From: Paramoeba atlantica
Lineage: Eukaryota; Protista; Discosea
Assembly: GCA_977017575.1 (NCBI GenBank)
Contig: CDRNVI010000016.1
Span: 372,001 to 436,000, forward strand
DNA: 64,000 nucleotides
Direction: 5' to 3'
Below the pieces are notes generated by a model. It ran no database searches. It saw only the letters and a list, made by a program, of their open reading frames with translations, and had not been told where the DNA came from. This document shows positions 53,150 through 64,000 of the stretch, in pieces. The translations under genes and the position numbers were made by a program. Position 1 is the stretch's first letter. The number at the start of each line of letters is the position of its first letter.

Positions 53150-53350
53150 ATACTTTGAGCATATTTCCGATGATGTGGAAGAAACTATAAAAGCGTAGTG
53201 ATACAGGAATCAGAAGAAATACTATATTGGATTCAAACGTTTATAGGAGTAATAGACATATTACATGGAGAAGCAGTAGATAAATATTTGGGTTCAGTGG
53301 GTTCAATGAACCAAGAAATAGGGTTCACTGAACAACTAGGTATGTCTTAC

Positions 53351-54285
53351 CTATTTCCCGCTTCCCGCTTACTCCTTTTCCCCTTACGTGCTTTCGCCTT
53401 TCCTATTGACCCCCTTGAACCACGTACCCCTTACCCATTTTCCCCTGGCCCATTTCCACCTTTCTCACTTTCACCTTACCTCTTACCCTCTTCCCTTCTG
53501 ATCAGCGACCTGCCTCGCCGGACCGCTGCTCACAATTTACAGCGCGTTACGGACCGGGTCTATCGACCCCTCCACGGCCTGACTTGAGAAACCTTCCTTT
53601 GTTATGCGGGAGGGCGCAGGAGCGGGCCTGTGTCGACAGCGACACGGTCTCGAAACCAGGTGTTGATCGGTTGGGTCGGTAGGCTCCGGATCCCTACCTA
53701 CCTCACATTGGGTTACCCCACTCGTGAAAGTGAGGCGTGAGAATAGGCACTGTCGGCCCGACCAGCACCCGTAACGGCCACTTTTCATAGGAAGACATCC
53801 TCGGCCGCGTTCCGCGTGTTGAATGAACAGCTTAGGTCGCTCTTCGGTGGATGCAAGAGAGGATAGAGCTACTTCCATGTCTACTTCCGTGTTCCATGTA
53901 CACCACTTCCATGTCGCCATATCCTATCAGGGCTGGATCAGGTGTCGGTGGGGATCGTAACACCATCATACGTGCTTGCGACCGCATTAGAGTGACGTTC
54001 AGGCCAGCTAGAAGTTGATGTAAGGCTTCTTTTTTCGATAGATTGCCGGAGTGCATCAAGTGTTCAATTGCTACGTCACGGATCACTGCCATGAGCCGTA
54101 TGATTCTACGGCCATAGCCGCAAATCTTAGTTTGGCTGCGGCGGCTTCTCGTTGTTTCGGCTTGTGTTCCGTTGCGCATGTTTCCGCAAACGATCCAGCT
54201 GAAACCACGCTAGCATCACGGACGAGATCCACATATTTTGTTCGCTGGACGTGGGTTACAGCGAAATCCATTTTTTTTCTCACCC
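53351..54285 (-). mobile_element. CRE-clade non-LTR retrotransposon, 5'-truncated copy A (RLE C-terminus + 3' UTR)
   Basis: MDFAVTHVQ...AMAVESYGSW...LNVTLMRSQARM, followed by a 3' UTR homologous to copy B and a purine-rich tail. Ends approximate. Confidence 0.75.
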
Positions 54286-54289
54286 TCTG

Positions 54290-57192
54290 ACTTACTTTTT
54301 TCCAACTTTCTCCCTACTTCCGTACTTTCTCCTACTCAACTTTTCATGTTTTCAGTAAGGTCCCCTCAGCTTCTCCTCCCCGTGCAGGTGACTCCCTAAC
54401 CATTCCCGCGTTCCGGACAGGGTCTTTCCACCTCTCTTCGGCCTGACTTGTGAACCCTTCCCTTGTTATACGTGGGGACCTGTGTCGACAGCGACACGGT
54501 CGCGAAACAGCATGCTGGCCGACGGGGAGGAACAAAGTTCCTGACCTCACTTGGAGTACCTAGCCCGTGAGGGCTAGGCGTGATCATAGACCCTGTCGGC
54601 ATCGACCAGCATACGGACCTGCAGTTTGTGTCCCCGTGACCATCCACACGTTCAGCGTCTTTTTGGATACCATAGCGTATTCGCCATGCAGGACCGGGTA
54701 CGTAGGTAGGGGCCTATGTCGCTACTTTTGGATCCGTTGGGTCTGGCACGCAGATATACGAAACCATCATTCTGGCTTGGAGTCACACTAACGCAACGTT
54801 CAGCTCCGTCCGGAGTTCATTTCGCGCTTGGCTGCGAGACATAAATTCTTATGACGCGTTCGCTCGTTGCGTTCCGATGTCCCATAGGAGCACTAAAACA
54901 CTCTCGCTCCAGGAGCCAGATAATTCCACAACCACTGCTGTGAAAAGGAACCCGGCTTCGGTTGCTTCCTGTCGCTATCTCGCTTTGGTCTGTGTGTAGT
55001 GCTCGGCAAAAGACCCTGAGGCCACCCAGCTAGCATTACGGACTGAGTCCAAATACTTTATTTGCTGTGCGTGGGTGACCGCAAAATCTAGAACTATGCC
55101 TTGCACAGTGCCCTTGGCTAAGAATGCAGTTGGTAGGAAGAGGTCCGCTGGCCTTGTGAGAGCTCCTCCTGGCCCTCGACTTCCCAAACTCTTCTCTCTC
55201 TCTGTGGTTGATGGAAGGCTTTGCTGCAAAAGGACGTTAATTGTTGCACTACAGCATAATGTCGTGAGAGTATACCGTGTCCATTCCTACAGAACAAAGC
55301 GTGCTCTCCGTTTTTGAGTAAGGGAAGGGTGCAGCAATCAGTTGCGCATGGTTGATCCTCCGGCAAGATATTCATCCTGAGCAACCAGCGCGTCAGGCTC
55401 CGAAACTTTTTGTGGGTGAAGCCTCTGCTCTTGTTACAAAAGCCCAGTTTCCGGGCCCCTCCCTGATTGAGAAATCCATCGTGCCCTCGTCCTTGCATCT
55501 CCTTTCATGTACGCAGCCTGAAATTCACTTTCCAATATTGCTCGGCTGAGGTGCCTCTGTCGTGGTATAATGGTTTCCTGTTCGGTGGAGTCGGAGGGGA
55601 GAGTGTTGTTGAGAGATGGGGTGTATTTTCGTTTAGCAGGGCGGACCAGGCGCCTCGTCCCTCATTCTGTTCAGCTGGGGAACTGGGTCCAGTGATCGTA
55701 CCAACTGGATCTGCTCCGACTTCGTTATTTATACATGTATACCGGACGGAATCAGAAAATCCTTCTGCTTCGGTTGGTTCCCGGCTATCCATGTTAGCAG
55801 CAAAAGTGACAGAGGAAGCAAATGCAGCTGACTGGTGGAGCAATGATGAACGAAGTCCGAACCCCCCCGTGGCGTTTCGGTCGTTGGATTTGGTCGCGAG
55901 CGGAGAGGTCTAGGTGGGAAATTGTGTGTTCCACGGCGTTGAGCAAAAGTGAATCACGCTGTTGGCATAATGAGGGCTTGTGGGGTTGTGCGTAGCGCAC
56001 ATAAAGGGGTGTAAATTTGGATGTGGGGGGGGTCTAAAATTTGTAAAACTTGGCCAATTTTGGAAAATAATAGCGCATTCGAGAGCCCTCGAACAGGGCT
56101 CATGAACGTGCATGTACGGCATCTGCGTTAATTAGATTTTCAAGTGCACATAAAAAAACTCATTTTTTTGGGAAACAAAATCTTGCATTTTTCACAGGTT
56201 TTCTGATTTCTCCCCTGATTCGTGCAACAAAGACGGGGTTGTGGGCGATCGCCCGAATACAAAGACTACGAAAGGGCTTATTCTTCGCCTGGGCACGTAA
56301 AAGCAAGCTGGTGCATGGTTTTTGTTGCCGATTACGAAACAACACAATCTTTTTCGCTCTAAAAATTTATTTTCCATAGTGGGCGACTTCAAAAATGGTT
56401 GAGCCCCTCGGAATCGCGCAGATTTGATCATTGCGATCGAAGCAGCGTTTCAAGGCCCCTGAAAATGCCATGCAGAGCTTTCGAAAGCGATGCCGTATTG
56501 TAATTGAGATAAAACGACGATAATGGCAATTAATAATTTTTTTTTTGATATTTGCTATTGCTTTAGAAAGTTGCAAATAGCGTTTGGGGGTTCTTTGTCT
56601 AGGGGGTAATACCCCCTTGTGCCTAGTTCGGTCATGTTACGTTCATGAGCCCTGTTCGAGAGCTCTCGAATGCGCTATTATTTTCCGAAATTGGCCAATT
56701 TTTATAAATTTTAGACCCCCCCACATCCAAATTTACACCCCTGTATCATTTGACAAAATCTTGCGCTTTGCCGTACTAGCGTGAGGCCACTTGCGGGTCT
56801 TCTAACACGACGGTAGCTTCCAATGTGTCCCGGGCTGGCCCAATCGCGTGCATCTCTAGGAATCCACAGTGCTCCGCAGAGCCAACGGGGCTTACAAGGA
56901 TATCAAAGTTCCCATCGTTACGGATTTTCTAGCTCGAGATATCGGGGAAGAAAACGGAGGTGTGGGCTGATGCTGGGGGGGGGGGGGTAATAACCTCACA
57001 CTGGGTGAGGTTTAGAAAAAGTTCCCACTTCGCTTCTATCTCAGCGATGATGTCTAGGGCCTTCCGGACTTCGTTCAGTTCGCCTACAAGTACGCCGTCG
57101 TCAAGATACCAAAACTGTGTTCGTAATATTTCCTTCGTTACCTCTTCTAGAACCAAAGAGAAGAGAAGAGGGCCTAAGGAATCCCCTTGTTC
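54290..57192 (-). mobile_element. CRE-clade non-LTR retrotransposon, 5'-truncated decayed copy B
   Basis: EQGDSLGPLLFSL...WYLDDG, LEDPQVA, ALRTTP, QIQRPKRHGG, C..C...GEHALFC...RHYAV, RPADLFLP...LDFAVTH. Many frameshifts; interrupted by a MITE. Confidence 0.85.
56004..56743. mobile_element. Tc1/mariner-type MITE, about 108-bp TIRs, TA TSD, inserted in the CRE RT
   Basis: 56004-56112 is the near-perfect inverse of 56633-56743. TA at 56002-03 and 56744-45. Removing it restores ...RQSARFCQMICALRTTP on the minus strand. Confidence 0.9.
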
Positions 57193-57354
57193 TTAATTAC
57201 CTCTTGTTTTTAATTTCGAAGACATGTACGGAGTTTTTTTATTTTCGTTTCGCATGTGCATCCGAAATGTGCTGATACTCGCAGTACCTTGCAAAGAATA
57301 TACACCACTGTTTTTATCGTTTTCTCAATCAATTTTAACGTTCTTAACAGGTTC

Positions 57355-58686
57355 ATGACACACTCTCTGCAAACGTCTGAGGTTTCTTCATGCAAAGATT
57401 TACACGAATTTATTCGAAAATGGAAAGAGGCGAAGAAGGAGCAAGGTGAACGCAAATATGAGCTAAATAAGCGGCGAAAGACACTTCGGAATGAACACAA
57501 CCTTGTGGTCGGTTGGAGTAATGTGATCACTCTTAACGTCGGGGGTGTAACCCACACAACTCTACTCAGTACTCTACGAAACGGTAAATCCGCTTTTCTT
57601 ACTCATTTGTTCTATCATGTCGCACCCGCTCATGTTTTCAGAGATGTAAAAGGAAACGTCTATTTTGACCGTGATGGTGAGCTCTTTGCTTTTATTCTTG
57701 ACTACCTACGCGGATACGACCTACAGAAACTACGTCTGTCGCAACAACTCAATATACGCAGACTCGAAGAAGACATTGAATTTTACCAGGTACATGGCAT
57801 GCGGGAAATGCTAGGACTGCAGAAAACTCCACCTACTTTCTTTTTACCTGGCCCAGGAGTCAGTGCCGATGGCGCACAGTACTGTTCCTCAGTCTCAGTA
57901 GTTCGACCTGACGGGGAATGGATGGATCTTTCCCATTGCGCTTGGCAGGAAACGGAGCAGAAGCCACATTCAACACTCCTGGAAATGTCGCAGTCCTTAT
58001 TACACGGCGAGGCCGGTTCTTCAACAAAAGAAATAGAAACACGGGATCGAATCGTATCACACCACCCTCAATCCTGCACAAGTGTTCATATAAAACCAAA
58101 AGACGTGTTTCAGTTCCACGTTCGAGTTCTCCATTCCGAGGGCATTGGGGTCGGTGTGATTAGCCCCGAGCACAGCGGTGGAGGTAAAGATTTTTCCTCC
58201 ACCCGTAACTGTGCGCTCTACTCCCACACGGGTTGTATCCACACCAACTTCCCCGAGCACAAACGAGAGCCCACGTTAGCCCCCCGCATCCAGAATGGGG
58301 ATGTCATCGGGGTCACGCTGCGGCGCCGAACACGTTGTATTGAGTGGACTCGAAATGGTGAGATTGTGAGGTGTCTGCCTTTAGGGTCGGATACGAATAA
58401 ACTGCGATTTGCAATTCGAGCCACAGCTCGTACCTCCGTGGCGCTTTGTGACGAGCGTCAATCTCACGACGCAGCGGGGGACCATACAACTCGCCCACGT
58501 AATAGCTTTCGGAGAGAAACGACCAGAGGGAATCGAAGGTTAAGTCACACCGGGGGCTCGTTTCTGGATGCTACCGTGCTTTCCATGATGCCGAATGCGA
58601 GTGCAATCGGAGATGTATTTAGTCCGAACTTTGAGGATGAAGTGGAAAGGACACGAGCGCAGGATATTTTTATAGTGAACCAGTAG
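57355..58686 (+). CDS. BTB/POZ (KCTD T1-type) protein with a SPRY-like C-terminal domain
   Basis: VITLNVGG.TH.TLLSTL, VYFDRDGELFAFILDYLRG, EEDIEFYQV; then IGVGVI...NGDVIGVTL...IEWTRNG. Confidence 0.85.
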   Translation: MTHSLQTSEVSSCKDLHEFIRKWKEAKKEQGERKYELNKRRKTLRNEHNLVVGWSNVITLNVGGVTHTTLLSTLRNGKSAFLTHLFYHVAPAHVFRDVKGNVYFDRDGELFAFILDYLRGYDLQKLRLSQQLNIRRLEEDIEFYQVHGMREMLGLQKTPPTFFLPGPGVSADGAQYCSSVSVVRPDGEWMDLSHCAWQETEQKPHSTLLEMSQSLLHGEAGSSTKEIETRDRIVSHHPQSCTSVHIKPKDVFQFHVRVLHSEGIGVGVISPEHSGGGKDFSSTRNCALYSHTGCIHTNFPEHKREPTLAPRIQNGDVIGVTLRRRTRCIEWTRNGEIVRCLPLGSDTNKLRFAIRATARTSVALCDERQSHDAAGDHTTRPRNSFRRETTRGNRRLSHTGGSFLDATVLSMMPNASAIGDVFSPNFEDEVERTRAQDIFIVNQ

Positions 58687-59350
58687 TGCATATAAAAGAA
58701 AAGGCAAAGAAAAAAATCAAATACAAAAAAATGATGGAGATTGATATACATGGTGGAGGTTGATGTACGTAAGGATCCAACGCTTAGTGGCGCATGGCTC
58801 TAGAGTCTTTCTTCTACTCCCATCCTTTTGACGGTATTGTCACTATGGGGGGTATTCCCTAGACTGCACATTTTGCTATCTTTACATGAATCTATCCGTG
58901 TATACCTGGACAAACCACCGTGATCTCACTATACTTCTTAACGAATTTCAATAGAGTCCGGGTTTTGTGTATGAAGTCTCCAACGCGTACTTAAGAACCC
59001 TTCCTTCACAAAATCATAATGAAAGACTGGGTGTCATAATACGCGAAGATTATGAGTGCCGTGCGTGTGCGTGGTAATGCATTATTTTCCCTCGTTACTG
59101 AAATGTAACCTCCATTGTCTGAAAACATTTCTATTGAATGATACTTTTCAATTCAGTTTGTTTCCAGCCATTTCGTATCAAAGCGCTCCATAGTGAATGT
59201 AGAAAGTGTTCTAATAGAAAAATTTTAATGTGATTTTCCACAATAATCCTACGGCAAACAGTATAGTCGTATAGTTAATTTTTCTGAAGTGAATGTTCAA
59301 TGATTTCTCCCGGAACCAGATGTCTTCTGGATAGCCCCTAGATAGAGCGA

Positions 59351-60367
59351 ATGAGTGCGACATCTTCCATTGGAGCCAGTGTCTGTCATTTTGAGAACCT
59401 GGTAGCAAAAGAGTGCCTTGAAAGCAAAGAAAACGGGAGAGAGGTATCTCCCGTTGTCAAGAACACCTCGAATCCTGTCCCCTGGAGACGAGCCCTGTAC
59501 TATCAGCAGCCCTTTTCAGATAACTACGTACCCCCTATCTTTTTACGCGACATGAAAATGAACGAGAATGTGCGGTACTATCATTACTGGCAAATTGTTC
59601 GGAATACAGGTGTTATCGTGCAGCAACTTTCCCTTCTAGTGGTTTTTGCCACTGTTTTTCAGCACCTTATTGTTGGAACGATTTCCGCCGATCTATTAGT
59701 TATTATTAATGTGATCTTTATCTCATTGTGGATGCTATGGCTCCTTTTAACGTACGGAAAGGCTGCTGTTCACCTGTATGAGCAACTTCGCGTTCTCACT
59801 GTGTTCACTGTGGTTTTGCTGTATCTCAGTCCTGTGATACATACCCTTACGTTAACTTACAGTGGTGATACAATTTGGGCACTTTCTTTATTGTTTCTTG
59901 TGGTCCATATGATATGCTTTGATTACTCAGCAGTGGGTGTGGATACGGAGAATCGTCACCCCCGCACAACGATGATGGCAGTTTCCACTAATTCTGCTGT
60001 ATTCGCTGCGGTGGTAATGGCATCTCGCCTTCCTACTTTCGCCCACACCTTTTCATTTTTAGGTTTTTCAATGATTCTTTTTGCTATGACGCCAACAATG
60101 CGACGTGTCCTTCACCAAACGAGTCGGGAGGGCTTTATTGGCGTTAGCTACTTACTGTGTGGCCTTTCCTTAGGATTCTTATTAGATATCAGACCAGCGC
60201 TAGCGGCCATTTATTTTGCAGTGGTGATGGGGATAACGTTTCTTTTGCCCCAATGTCTAATGCTAATGCAGGGTTTAAAGGCTCAAATCAATGGGCCGTG
60301 GGATGAAGCAGTGCCGCGAAATAGCGCATCAGCCGAAGAATTTAGGAACGTCGGATTCTTCGATTAA
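59351..60367 (+). CDS. PIGC: GPI-GlcNAc transferase subunit PIG-C/GPI2
   Basis: PWRRALYYQQPFSDNYV, LSPVIHTLT.TYSGDTIWA, STNSAVFAAVVMASRL, KAQINGPWDEA. Confidence 0.95.
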   Translation: MSATSSIGASVCHFENLVAKECLESKENGREVSPVVKNTSNPVPWRRALYYQQPFSDNYVPPIFLRDMKMNENVRYYHYWQIVRNTGVIVQQLSLLVVFATVFQHLIVGTISADLLVIINVIFISLWMLWLLLTYGKAAVHLYEQLRVLTVFTVVLLYLSPVIHTLTLTYSGDTIWALSLLFLVVHMICFDYSAVGVDTENRHPRTTMMAVSTNSAVFAAVVMASRLPTFAHTFSFLGFSMILFAMTPTMRRVLHQTSREGFIGVSYLLCGLSLGFLLDIRPALAAIYFAVVMGITFLLPQCLMLMQGLKAQINGPWDEAVPRNSASAEEFRNVGFFD

Positions 60368-60599
60368 TAATTATATAGTTCGAAACTATTGCATAAAGTA
60401 TTTCATGTCTGTCAAAGTATTTTATACAGTTGTATAAAGTATTAGGTGTCATATTACAAGCATGTATTTTCTTCAAGCAGAGTAACCTGCTGAAAAAAAT
60501 CGAAATTATTGCTGTACAGATTTTCCCGTACAACTAGAATTCACTCAGAATTCCTCTGTACTTAGAATTCACATAGAACCTTTAAGGTAGAGTAAATAG

Positions 60600-61715
60600 A
60601 TGACTAAGATGAAGCGAAAGGTGAGCAGCACAAATTCTCGAAGCAAAAAAAGAAACAGCGATGCAGTTACAAAAAGCACAGAGCCCGAATCTACCAACCT
60701 TCTTGCCGAGTATCTTACACCCTCTTTTTCTTCTGAAGTGCACATAAAAAGGAGCGAATTTGTTTTACGTGTTACGTTACACCGTATTCCACATCAGTAC
60801 ATTGAAGTAGAAGTAGACGCTAATCAAGGTATTCACGTTTCCACGGCGAAGTACACCAAGAAGTACGATCTAAAGGTTCCCTTTCCGAGTGACGTTAAAG
60901 TTGGAAGCGTAGATCAAAGCACCTCTGAACATGACCGATGCGGAGTCCTGACGATTCGTGTTCCTTTGTCTAACATAGGAGAATCGCATTTGAAAAAGCA
61001 TCAGGATATAAGAGATAAAATGCGACAAGCGCGTTTCCTCAGATTTCAAGAAACCGATGAAGGGGGGATGCATATGCGCACTAGACTTGTAAATCTGAAG
61101 AAACAGATGCGTAGTCGGAAACCGCTTCAGAACGATCTTGAAGGAAAGGATGTCGATTCATCTTCTGTCCATAATGATAAAAAGCACATTTTGAGTCATA
61201 CTGTGCAGCTCTCGAATGATTTACCCCTTGCGGGGCCTGCCGAACAGGGTACGTGGGAATTTTCTACCGCGACTCCTTTCAATGCTGAATCATCCAATGC
61301 TGAAGTGAAGACAAACCATGCTGATAAAACTTCTACACCTCTGGACTCTCGTCGCAAGGAATTCGTCGTTGACAAAGAACAAACAATTGCGTTAATGAAC
61401 GAAGTAAATCAGAATACTGAACTGACCCGTGAAAAAAAGGTGCAAAAAATGGAAGAAATGAGACGTAAACGAAGAGAACTATTGGAATTACGCTCCGATC
61501 GCAAACAGAAACAGTCAAACGCAGCACGTGATGCCTACCAAAAAGTTATTGAAGAAAAGAAGGCACACTTACAAAAAATGATGAACTATGTAAAACCGAA
61601 GGCAAAAGTTCAGGAGAACAACCCTCCTCCTACCGCATCTCTGTCGACGGACACGAGCACTACGAAAAAGAAAAAACGAGTTTCCTTTCGCATTGACAAC
61701 GAAGATACTCAATAA
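60600..61715 (+). CDS. Hypothetical protein with an HSP20/alpha-crystallin-like domain and basic coiled-coil C-terminus
   Basis: Beta-rich segment ending ...KVPFPSDVKV....GVLTIRVPL, K/R-rich helices and a terminal KKKKRVSF. Confidence 0.6.
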   Translation: MTKMKRKVSSTNSRSKKRNSDAVTKSTEPESTNLLAEYLTPSFSSEVHIKRSEFVLRVTLHRIPHQYIEVEVDANQGIHVSTAKYTKKYDLKVPFPSDVKVGSVDQSTSEHDRCGVLTIRVPLSNIGESHLKKHQDIRDKMRQARFLRFQETDEGGMHMRTRLVNLKKQMRSRKPLQNDLEGKDVDSSSVHNDKKHILSHTVQLSNDLPLAGPAEQGTWEFSTATPFNAESSNAEVKTNHADKTSTPLDSRRKEFVVDKEQTIALMNEVNQNTELTREKKVQKMEEMRRKRRELLELRSDRKQKQSNAARDAYQKVIEEKKAHLQKMMNYVKPKAKVQENNPPPTASLSTDTSTTKKKKRVSFRIDNEDTQ

Positions 61716-61936
61716 CGGGCATCACTTATCGGTACTACCTTCATAGTACGGTTCACCAAAATTTAAAAGAATAAATTCGAACAAAACAATTTCACCACAG
61801 GAACTAACGCCTTAGAAACTCCTAAAATCTTTGATTTCTATTCAATTTTCCAGTTATCAACTCATACCCCTCTAGGTATCACTCTAATTACCACTCTCCT
61901 CTCTCCTTCAATCGATAGTTCTCAAAATGAATTCAA

Positions 61937-61984
61937 CCCCCTTTTTTTTCCCTTTTGTCAAAAATCCCTTGTTGTTTTCTGTAG
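61937..61984 (+). promoter_or_regulatory. Putative trans-splice acceptor for fibrillarin
   Basis: Long pyrimidine tract ending TTTTCTGTAG, 74 nt upstream of ATG 62059. Confidence 0.45.
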
Positions 61985-62058
61985 ATTCATCTCTTTATCT
62001 TGTTCATCTTATTTGACTATTTTCTACTCCTCCACATACAAATCGATCATCTTCTTTT

Positions 62059-62952
62059 ATGCGCGGCGGATTCCAAAGTCGAGGCGGTCCTCCACGGGGG
62101 GGAGGCCGTGGGGGTCGAGGCGGTGGAGGTCGAGGCGGGGGTCGGGGCTCGGGCTTCGGAGGTCGTGGAGGCCGTGGGGGTGGACGCGGGGGTGTAGGCT
62201 TCAAAGGGGGTGCCCAGACAGTCGTCGTCCCCCACCTTCGTCACCCTGGCATCTTTATTGTCAAAGGCAAACAGGACGTGCTGGCGACGCTGAACTACGT
62301 CCCCGGGGTGGCGGTGTATGGGGAGAAACGGGTTGATGTGTCCACCCAAGACCCGGATGGGGAGACAGTGAAGAAGGAGTACCGTATGTGGAATCCGTAC
62401 CGTAGTAAACTCGCCGCAGCGATTTACAATGGCGTGGAGCGGGCGTATATCGCGCCAGGCTCGTCGGTGCTATACTTGGGTGCCGCCAGCGGGACGACAG
62501 TCTCGCATGTAAGTGATATTGTAGGGACGGAGGGAATGGTCTACGCGGTGGAGTTCTCCCAACGGGTGGGCCGTGATCTAGTGGAGATGTGTAAGAAGCG
62601 GCCCAATGTGGTACCTATTATTGAGGACGCACGACACCCCTGGAAGTATCGTATGTTGGTGAATATGGTGGATTGTATCTTCATGGATGTGGCTCAACCG
62701 GATCAGGCGCGGATTCTAGCGCTGAATGCGCAGTATTTTCTAAGGAATGAAGGTCATTACGTTATCTCTATTAAGGCGAATTGCATCGACTCAACACTCG
62801 CGGCACCGGTAGTATTTGCTAAGGAAGTTGAGTCTCTGAAGAAGGATGGGCTGAAACCAAAAGAGCAAGTCACCCTAGAGCCCTTCGAGAGGGATCACGC
62901 TGTAGTTTGTGGTAAATACCGGGTTCTTAAGAAGGATAAAAAGGCTGTGTAA
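62059..62952 (+). CDS. NOP1: Fibrillarin, rRNA 2'-O-methyltransferase
   Basis: GAR domain, [54 protein letters not shown]. Confidence 0.99.
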   Translation: MRGGFQSRGGPPRGGGRGGRGGGGRGGGRGSGFGGRGGRGGGRGGVGFKGGAQTVVVPHLRHPGIFIVKGKQDVLATLNYVPGVAVYGEKRVDVSTQDPDGETVKKEYRMWNPYRSKLAAAIYNGVERAYIAPGSSVLYLGAASGTTVSHVSDIVGTEGMVYAVEFSQRVGRDLVEMCKKRPNVVPIIEDARHPWKYRMLVNMVDCIFMDVAQPDQARILALNAQYFLRNEGHYVISIKANCIDSTLAAPVVFAKEVESLKKDGLKPKEQVTLEPFERDHAVVCGKYRVLKKDKKAV

Positions 62953-63263
62953 TGAATGTTTCGATTTTGCATAAACTTTTTTCTTCACACTAAATGTTAC
63001 GTACAGGAGCGAGACGTGTTCAAGTTATATTACATACAACGCTTGGTGGTGTTATGTGCTACAACTTCCGAATTCATTAAAAATGTAGAATAAGTGCCAC
63101 AGATGCTGCTATTTTCTTTTTATACTTTTCGTGTACAGTAGATGTTGGAACCGTTATTTGGTGTCAACAGTCACTCCTGAAACTACTGGTATGGTCATCA
63201 ATGCGGCTAATTTATGGAGTTTCACATCTGGTATATCATTTTTTTAAAGAAATTTTTCCTTGA

Positions 63264-64000
63264 ATGTCTATCGATACAATTGTACTTCCTTCACCCAGCG
63301 ACTGGAATCTCTACGCGGTGAATGTGACTGGAGAGGTAGCTACAGCTGCGGTTCCTGTAGATACTCGAACACTTCCCACTGATTCACATGAACCATTTTC
63401 TTCTCCTTCCTGGAATCCACACTATACACGTGATTCTTCCGATGATACAAAGTTTAACCTTTCAAGCGGATTTGCAACGGGGTTAGAGAACGCCATTCGT
63501 AGAAGTAATAGCATCCATGATGTGTCCCCGTTCCTTTCTACGGTACCAACTGTTTCATTGCCTTCTTCGTTGTGCAAAGTGACTTACGCTATACTTTGTG
63601 ATGTTTGGGCATGCGATAAAGCGCGTTATTTTCATTCTGCATTTCGTACCATACGTGCAACTCTCATATTGGGAGTAAATTTTGATGTCGGCTGTGGATC
63701 AAACAATATTGAAAAGGGCGATGAAAAGAGCTCGCAAACCATGGAGTTGAAACTTGCGTGGCTTGAAAATGCAATTATCTACGTTCTAGAGCAAGCACTG
63801 CTGACCAATTACTTGTCTACAGATATCGCAACTAGCGCGCGTCAAATTTGGCAGAGCATGCCGGAGATTTGGCACAAGCATGGCATAACTCCACAGCGTC
63901 CGTACTTAAGACACGGAAACTCAATCACAGAGCTAGAAAAAATACACCAGACTCTTAGTCCTCCTGTCGAGGAGGATAAATATTCACCTAAACGCCTCTA
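63264..64000 (+). CDS. Hypothetical protein, 3'-truncated by the window end
   Basis: My translation from ATG 63264 (MSIDTIVLPSPSDWNLYAV...) stays open for 245 codons to the window edge. It is absent from the ORF track because there is no stop. Confidence 0.75.
   Translation, partial: MSIDTIVLPSPSDWNLYAVNVTGEVATAAVPVDTRTLPTDSHEPFSSPSWNPHYTRDSSDDTKFNLSSGFATGLENAIRRSNSIHDVSPFLSTVPTVSLPSSLCKVTYAILCDVWACDKARYFHSAFRTIRATLILGVNFDVGCGSNNIEKGDEKSSQTMELKLAWLENAIIYVLEQALLTNYLSTDIATSARQIWQSMPEIWHKHGITPQRPYLRHGNSITELEKIHQTLSPPVEEDKYSPKRL

Larger units (their letters stand above)
51158..53344 (-). mobile_element. Non-autonomous hAT-like element with 23-bp TIRs and a 6-bp TSD
   Basis: TIRs match at 20/23 (CATACGTAGTGGTTCACTGAACC). 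TCTTAC is duplicated at 51152-57 and 53345-50. Clustered subterminal GGTTCA/TGAACC motifs at both ends and an internal BED-like ORF. Confidence 0.75.

Noticed and set aside
1-64000. CRISPR arrays, tRNA or rRNA genes, a true SL RNA gene, cis-spliced introns
   Set aside because: No repeat-spacer arrays, cloverleaf or T-loop contexts, rRNA-like sequence, SL exon followed by a GT donor, or intron-broken host ORFs were seen by eye.

Overview
Gene-dense, intronless eukaryotic DNA from a kinetoplastid (Euglenozoa). About 28 host genes all lie on the + strand, as in a polycistronic unit. The F1-ATPase gamma N-terminus is trypanosome-like, the PI-PLC carries the trypanosomatid-type PDZ insert, and a 16-nt spliced-leader (SL) core is present. 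The host may be an early-branching, Perkinsela-like lineage, but that is a weak inference. Recognisable genes: cytochrome b5 reductase, SQT1/AAMP, NOT2, CMC-family and another twin-CX9C protein, ATP synthase gamma, PI-PLC, TRM1, SDHAF3, DnaJ, NSUN2/TRM4, RPL6, kinesin-13, a USP, RPL19, ALG9, BTB-SPRY, PIG-C and fibrillarin. Two transposon islands (about 28.7-36 kb and 51-57 kb) plus scattered elements hold decayed Tc1/mariner, pogo and hAT-like DNA transposons, MITEs, a HERO-like RLE non-LTR retrotransposon and two tandem CRE-clade retrotransposons. The most unusual locus is the HERO-like element. It has an SL core just upstream of its ORF, a 160-bp structured module bounded by 10-bp direct repeats, 35 nt of complementarity between its 5' region and 3' end, and three Mer3/HFM1-type zinc fingers. 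Also notable are roughly 1-kb GC-rich islands in which GC skew flips from C-rich to G-rich inside genes, a covarying 3' UTR structure shared by the two CRE copies, and loss of catalytic residues in the PLC. All homology calls come from motif recognition by eye; no searches were run.
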